A DNA stretch of 64,000 nucleotides from Rhodosorus marinus CCMP1338 (lineage: Eukaryota > Plantae > Rhodophyta): the NCBI GenBank assembly GCA_029953675.1, contig JAMWBK010000001.1, positions 992,001 to 1,056,000 of the forward strand, in the 5' to 3' direction. Shown piece by piece: positions 57,496 to 64,000 of this stretch. Below the pieces are notes generated by a model. The model was not told the DNA's origin. It saw only the letters and a program-made list of their open reading frames with translations, and did no database searches. A program made the position numbers and the translations under genes. The first letter of the stretch is position 1. Every line of letters starts with the position of its first letter.

Positions 57496-57793
57496 CCAAC
57501 ACGCGGGGTTTTCCTTACCTAGGTGCGCGAATTTTTGGAGGTCGTCCAAGGACAGGTTTATTGTACTTGCTCCGAACCGACCCCCCCCCCACTCCCCCCC
57601 CAGGAATAGTGGGCAGCAAAAGCGAGGAGAGTTGGTTCCATCTTATCGCAAAAACTCAGTAAAACGGCCCAACTTCTTGCCTAATTTACTCGTAGAACAC
57701 GTGGCCAAAGCTTTCCACAATGAAAGGCTGGAACGGGTGGGAGCGACCCTCAGTGCAAGACAGACTCGCCATACTCTCAGCAGACCGTCGTTC

Positions 57794-60400
57794 TGTCACT
57801 GGGCTTTGCTAGCATAGCCTGAAGCGCCGGAAGGCGTGTAAAGGAACTAAGAACTAGGGTGGGAAGCGCACAAATCCAGGCGCCGATGGCGCGCCTCGGC
57901 AAGCATGCTCCTAGAATATCGCCACAGGGCGGCACTCAAACGCCGTAAAAGCGCCAAGTACTCAGTAGGATGCTTAGCAAAAATTTCCTCAACCACTGTA
58001 AACCCGACTTATCCACATTACCAAAGCTTTCCAGAATGAAAGGCTGGAACCGGTGGGAGTGACCCTCGGCGTAGGGCAGACTGGCCATGTTCTCAGCATA
58101 CCGTCGTTCCTTCACTCGTCGAAGAGCCGAAGCGACTGCCCCCCGGCGGCTGGCTGCAGCCGTGGGTAGCAAGTCCACGTCGGACGAGGGGAACAAAGAT
58201 GACACCGTCTGGGCGAGACTTTCTTCGTAGGGGACGACAGGCGCCTGGCCCTCCAGAACTCGCGCCGCTCGACTCAAGTCGCCCACCGCTACCAATTTTT
58301 GCACTCGAGCCGTCAGGGGCGAGACGGTTCCAGCTCCGGTCTGACGAACGGATGATTCCAGCAACGCCAAGTAGCTTTCCCGCGACACCTCGAGTTCTCC
58401 TTTCAGGAACATGGCAAGCCGATCTCGGACACGCCATTTGCGCTCCGGCGTGTGAGTTGGGGCCAGAATCAGGCGCGGTATGACCTACAGAAATTCCTAC
58501 ATGACGATGTCCCGAAGGTTACTCGCCAGGCTCGTGAAGATGAAGTCCAGGAAGGTCCCAGCACTAAGAGCTCGCCGCGAGGTAGGACGACAGGCGGAAT
58601 TCTGCCACGGAGGGGAAGCAAGTCTCCTTCCAAAGAGATCCAACGCCGGAGCCAACTTCGTAAACGCGTACGCCAAATGCCCCAGTCTCCGCCCTCCTTC
58701 ACGACATAAGACTGCAAATCCATCGGCTGCGACCTCGCAGCCGTACCCGGGGAGCTAATCGTGCTTCTCCCCCTTAGACCCGGGGGAGTCGGTCCTCGCA
58801 CTTTTCCGTCTAACCTCACCAGAGTGGTCAGCCGCCCACTCCGCGAGGCTCGCGGGATAGCTCCCTCGGGTTTGTCGGTGGAGAACGCCCCAAAGTAATA
58901 GGAGCGTTCTAGACCGACATGCCCTCATTCTGCTCCCCTTCCTCACCGCTCTCACTGGAAGTGGTGTTGGTAGCAGAGCCCTCTATTACCCCCAACCTCT
59001 GTAAATAACGCCGTGTGACTCGAGCTCAGCACAAAGCGCCTCTCCCGGTCGAAAAGGTTAGAGACGGCTGCACGCAGGTGGCGTGGCCCCGACGCGAAAC
59101 GCTCCAAAAATATAAGCTCAATGCGGTGAATGCGTAGCCAATGGATGGCTGCGGCTTTCACGTTGGTCTCGTGCTGAGGGAGTCCTGCGGTTTCTCCGGG
59201 AGACAGGCAGGTGCCCGAGAAACGGTCAAAGTCCAAGTGCAGGACGACCTGGGGATGAGACCGCAACCAGTGGGCACTCTCAGGCCATTTTTCGTTAGGC
59301 TTGGCCAGTAGGGCCTGCAGGTACGTGGCCGTTGTTCCAGTGGCGACGAAGAGAACACCCCGGCCCTCGTAGTTCGCAAAAAGGAAGTCGTCTCGGCAAC
59401 AGCCCAAGGACTCCGCAAAAGTATTGCGGAAATCACGCATGGATGGGACCTTGCCCCGTGTAGTCTGGGGCCGAACGTTGTGTACCCAAAGGAATTGCAA
59501 AGTAATCGCATCAGGTCCGCCCTGCTGCTCGCGAGGTGGCAAACATTTTTGCATAGCCGCCGTACGGGCGACTGTGGTACCCTTCCGTAAAACCGAGGCG
59601 TACGACGGGACCCCCTAAGGGCCACCACGTGTCCCCGCGTTGGGCTGGAGCAGTCCCCCACCTGTGGACTGGCCCAGCACAGGAAAGTCCGCTCCCGTTG
59701 AGGGGACGTGCAAAGCAGTAGAGATAGCTGCACCCCTCCCCGAGGAGGCACCAGTCGAGGGACCACCAACAGCGGGCTCAGCAGCCCGCGCCTGTTCGGC
59801 GACAGTCGCAGAATGACTGACCCCTTGATTTTGACTGCCTGGGGGCCGCGTGGCCACCGTGGCCACCGTGTCAGATTTTAGAGCAGGCGCCAGGAGGCTG
59901 GATTCCAGCAAACCAAGGCGTTGGGTCAGCTGGGGTAGGACGCCCTTGTCCCCCGCGGCGGTGGTTAGGCTGGTGACGGCTTACATGAGGGCTAGCACCT
60001 CCATACCAGTGGCGCCCTGCAGCTCCACCTGCGTAGAGAAGGGGCCCGAACTTAGACACACCCAGTGCCCAACCCCCAAGGACACCTCGTTGCCAGGGAG
60101 CTCCGCTCCCGAGGGAGCAGAGCGCGAGGAAACCCCTACCATCACGAGAGAATTTAGTGACGATACTTTAACCACCAATTCCTCCGCCGAAAACACACAC
60201 CACCCAACTCCACAGGAGAAAAATCCCCGTCACGACCCAACAACCACAAGGTGCAGGACCCGACTACCAACCACAAAACCCGAAAAAACGGGAGGAAAGG
60301 CAGGAGAGAGAAGCGCCTCCCACCGAAGAACCCACTTGCCACGCAAAACCACCGAAAACTAGCACCGGACACCCTGACGAGTGGTGCATCGAAGAGAGGG
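57794..60400 (-). mobile_element. Family B derivative retaining the 5' UTR, ORF1 and both ends of ORF2 but lacking RT
   Basis: The ORF-track protein runs SLFPSSDVDL directly into LPTAAASRRGAVASALRRVKERRY (junction ~58190). ORF1 ends SKGEKHD* as in the 48855 copy; the tail is at 57800-57830. Confidence 0.85.
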
Positions 60401-60472
60401 CCCAAATGTATTGAATGAATGAATGGTTTAATCGGAGGCTGAAAAAAAAAAAACCCCGAGGGGAAAAAAAGA

Positions 60473-63400
60473 CTAAGCGCGGCGAAGTACTCGCGCCTCC
60501 AACATCAAAGCGGCATTCATGCGCCACAGCAGGAAACTTAAGCGGGTAAACAACGATTGAAGACGGTCAGGGCGTTCGCGAAACAACTCCCGAAGCCAGC
60601 GAGAACCAACAGAGTCCATGAACCCAAAGCACTCAATGATCAGGGGTACCAAGCGATGTGCTAGTGCCGAAGCACGAACACCAGGGGAAGACAAAGCCCC
60701 CGCGTATTTGATCTCTTTGCGGCGTCTCATGCTGGCGGCGGCAGATCCACGGCGCTCCCCCGCAGCCGGGAGATAACGACTAGCTTGAGGGTTAGGAACA
60801 GCAAGATCAACGTATGTGGTACGGCGGCTGTCGTCACAGGTGATCACCAGGTCGGCTACACGGCGTTCATCATTTTGAAAGTCCGCGACGGGTAAAGGTT
60901 TCTCACGTTCGATTTCCAGACCGGCTTGCCGGACTATAGGCCGAAGTTCCCGGTATAACAGGTTCAAGATCCGTGTATGGCGGCGGATTCGAGCACCTTT
61001 CACCGCCTGGCAACTAGCGAGCAGGTGGGCGCCCAAATCTGCGTTGTCTTCAGTCTGAGAGCAGAGAGGGCACGACGAACCCATCTCGTACGGCCAAGGG
61101 GGCTGATGTAAGCCGAGGTATAAGCGCAGTGAAGTACGCACTTCGAAATCCGACAGTGTGAGTGGCGGAAAGGCTGGTACGGTCATGAGCCACTGAGAGC
61201 TAAGAACCCCTCCAAGACTACGTAGGCGGGCGCGAGCGCGAGAAGATGAGACCATCTGCGCGAGGAGTCGGCCATATGCAGCACGGTGCAAGTCCCAAGA
61301 AAGGATATTTTGCAGCGCATCCGTGCGTGCTTGAGCTCGGCTCCCAGCGCGCTGGGAATCATCAGGAGGATCAACTGGAACTTCTTCTTCTGCGGCAACC
61401 ACTGGGTCAATCTCCCCTAGAACAGGTTCAGGCGCAGGACGAATCCCCGGGGCGGAGCCTCGAGAGCGGTCAAATACAGCTCGCCAGTCAGGAAGACGGG
61501 GTTGAACGGTTTCGGGGAGACTAGTACAGGAGTTCAGGGCGGTTTGGAGCTCCAGAAACAAGTCTTGGGCGCTTTCCGGTACGCTGGGAAGCAAGACACC
61601 CCGCGAGAGGCTCGCCATCAAATTGCGGAACTTCGAGATACCCAAGCTGCTCAAAGTGGGAAGTGCGGTTCCCCAGGCCCCAACTGCGGCTGCAGGTTGG
61701 ACCACAACACGATTGCAGAGGCCCAGTCCCCCAATCGCAATGGGAGGCCTACCTGGGCGCGCACAACATCACAGGTGGGTCGCGGCAGAGCGCTCAGCTC
61801 TTCATCGAGAAAATACCCCAGGTCACGGAAACTTTCAGCATCCGCACGAACGGCCAACCACCGGCCCCAATGAGTTGGAAGTGAGCGAAGCCAATAGGTT
61901 AACCGCTGACTGCAACAATACCGAAACAGCAACAACGAGCACTGGAGAAAGCCCGGAGGTAGCCGTCGAAGCTCTGCAACCAGCTGTCTGTGCTTACCGA
62001 GGAGCTGCAGCAACTCGCCTTCAACGAAGGACGGCGACCCGTAGGGGATGCCTAAGTGGACAAAACCATCCGGTCTCCAAATATCCTGGAACGACGCAGG
62101 TACCTGCTGCTCTTGTGCAGCTACACCTCCCCAGTAGAACGATTTGTGATGATTAACCTCCAGGTCAACCCGCGAAGCCAAGGAGCGGAGACGATCATAA
62201 GCGAGTGCTAGAGTATCAGGGGGCCCCAGGAGGCACACGTCGTCGTGGTATGCAACCGTACGAACCTGCGGGAATTCGGAGCGAAGACAAAGCAAGACGA
62301 GTTGTAGTCCACAGGCATGTAGGAAAGGGGACAAGGGATCACCCTGTTGTACCCCTGTGCGCGCCGCAAACGTGTGTGAGGAAGCGCCAAGGGTGTCATA
62401 GGTAGCCCCACGACCAAGCGGAGAATAAAGTCTACTAACAAAGGGAAAGCCTACAGGGAAGACTTCGCGCACCACGTGCATGAGAGCCGGACGAGAGACG
62501 CGGTTGAACGCATTGGTAAAATCTACAGAGAGGAGCCCAGAATCTGGGGAGTACGCCATTTCCGAACGGAGTAAAACAGACAACAACTCACAGCCACCAC
62601 GATAGCCCACGCCCTAACTGCACGTGCCCAAAGAAACGGCGGGATTCGGGAACCAGGATTTTCACTAACCATCGCGCCGCCAATTTGCGGACCACCTCAA
62701 CCAGGCCAATAGGGCGAATAGCAGGGCTCGAGGCCGTGTGGCCGGGCTTCGAAAGCAGACACAACTGCGAACGCCCGACCAAGAACCACGCACACTCACA
62801 CAGGGGATCACCATTCACAAGCGCTTCGACCACCCACGCCAACGCCTTCAAACCTTCATCACTTAAGAAACGGAGATATTCCACCCGCAGCCCCGAGGGC
62901 CCTGGGGAACGGCCCTTCGGAGCATCATGAACCAACTCACGCACCGCCTCCAGATTGACCACTAACCGCGCACTGGGATGTGGCGCGGCGCGGTACTCTT
63001 CCAACACTGATTCAAACGAGGAGTCCCAAGGGGAGCCTTCCGAGGGAAAGAGCAAACGGAGCGGTGAAGAAAGATCATCGGAGTATGGAACCACAGGTTG
63101 CCGCTGCTGGAGGATCCCGGCTGCCCGCCGCAGATCACCGCCTGCCACCGCGTGACGCGCCCGATTCTGTCGAGAAGACCTAAAAGCTGAGGAAGCACTA
63201 GGAGAAAAGGAAGAGAGAGAAGCGAAATAAAGACGTTCGAGGTCCTCAAAGTCGCCGGAAAGGAACATTTGCAGTTTTCGGCGAGGGTGGACCCGGCGAG
63301 GATGTGGGTTGAGGGGGACGGTAGAGGAGGTGAGCACGAGGCGGGGAAAAAAGAACAAGAGTTCCCAGCGAAGAGAGCAGTGAGGGTTCGCGGCGACCTG

Positions 63401-63616
63401 CTGCCAGAGAAAATCCAACACCAATCCTAGGGGCTTATGAAGTCGACGAGGGAGCCGTACGGCCGTGCTCTGACGACAAAGGGGAAGGGAACCGGCCGGG
63501 TAGGAGGCGATAAGGTGCGAAAACCACGAGAGAACACGCTCATGCCAGGCTGAGCGGTCACTGGTAAACAGGGGTAACCGGGACGACACGCACGCGGAGG
63601 AGGAAGACTCAGACAT
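60473..63616 (-). CDS. Family A ORF2: RT, CCHC knuckle and RLE (about 1047 aa after two G-run frameshifts)
   Basis: SPGPSGLR, IRPIGLVE, VDFTNAFN, GVQQGDPLSP, AYHDD, CPLC..AH..SC, IRRH, ADLVI..YVDLAVPNP..KEIKY..LIIECFG. The span of 3144 nt is a multiple of 3. Confidence 0.9.
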
Positions 63617-64000
63617 CGGGCCTCCCCTCAGTCGGGAAGGCAGATCGAATATCCGGAGGAGGTGCCTCGGAGGGAGGCTCAGGAGCCGCACGACGCTTAC
63701 GTGGAGGGCGCACGAAGGAACTAAAAGACCTGAAGAAAGTAGACACAGGGTTTTCAGCAGCGGAGTCTTGACTGAGGGTGTCCAGAGCCAGCGGATTGGG
63801 AGAGGCCGATGGTGCTTCTGCCATGTCGGTGTCACGAGCCTCGGAGACAGGGCGAGGGGAGGAAGGGTGCTCAAGAGTCGGCGGCAGAAGGTCAAACGCA
63901 GGGTGGGCTTCCAGCAGGGTGGCCTCAGTGGAGAGGAAGGCCTCTAGCGCGGTGCGGAGGACCCCGCGAGGAGGAAAACGCGCGAAGAGGCTCGCCTGTA
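63609..64000 (-). CDS. Family A ORF1, C-terminal part (Pro/Ser/Ala-rich), 5'-partial
   Basis: Open from the window edge (QASLFARFPPRG..) to ..PTEGRPDV*; the stop lies 2 nt downstream of the ORF2 ATG. Confidence 0.6.
   Translation of the reverse strand, partial: QASLFARFPPRGVLRTALEAFLSTEATLLEAHPAFDLLPPTLEHPSSPRPVSEARDTDMAEAPSASPNPLALDTLSQDSAAENPVSTFFRSFSSFVRPPRKRRAAPEPPSEAPPPDIRSAFPTEGRPDV

Larger units (their letters stand above)
60410..64000 (-). mobile_element. Family A RLE-type non-LTR retrotransposon, near-intact, continuing past the window edge
   Basis: 3' tail CATTCATTCATTCAAT at 60410-60425; complete ORF2; ORF1 frame open to 64000. Confidence 0.93.

Noticed and set aside
60350-60410. 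HDV-like ribozyme at the family B 5' end
   Set aside because: Short stems exist (GCACC/GGTGC), but I could not build the P1/P1.1/P2/P3 double pseudoknot. An Infernal or RNArobo search would settle it.
1-64000. tRNA, rRNA or snRNA genes as targets of the RLE elements
   Set aside because: No cloverleaf, rRNA or snRNA signature was recognised by eye. tRNAscan-SE and Infernal/Rfam are needed to exclude them formally.

Overview
Eukaryotic nuclear DNA, about 50% GC, with short GT-AG introns of about 80-110 bp. The gene and domain content suggests an alga, possibly a red alga; this is inference only. The left third is gene-rich: the C-terminal part of a SOS1-type Na+/H+ antiporter, a 5-exon SPB1/FTSJ3 rRNA methyltransferase, and five co-oriented, intronless genes for signal-peptide proteins (two made of three Ig/CBM-like modules and three FG-GAP beta-propellers, one of which carries the same module). 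The right two thirds are dominated by RLE-type (CRE/SLACS-like) non-LTR retrotransposons of at least three families, called A, B and C here, plus copia-like LTR remnants and MITE-like elements. Embedded among them are four isolated intronless or nearly intronless genes: a Tyr/His-rich secreted repeat protein, a secreted bacterial-type S1 sulfatase with a PKD-like tail, an AAAP amino-acid transporter, and a secreted Cys-domain/LTD-like protein. Main candidates for novelty: (i) a putative extracellular sulfated-polysaccharide binding/remodelling gene set with bacterial-looking domains; (ii) a three-unit retroelement concatemer inside one target-site duplication, suggesting RT template jumping; (iii) snap-back palindromes and shared terminal/target motifs at retroelement 3' junctions; (iv) an RT-less non-autonomous derivative. 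No tRNA, rRNA or CRISPR array was recognised. All homology calls are from motif recognition by eye, not database searches.
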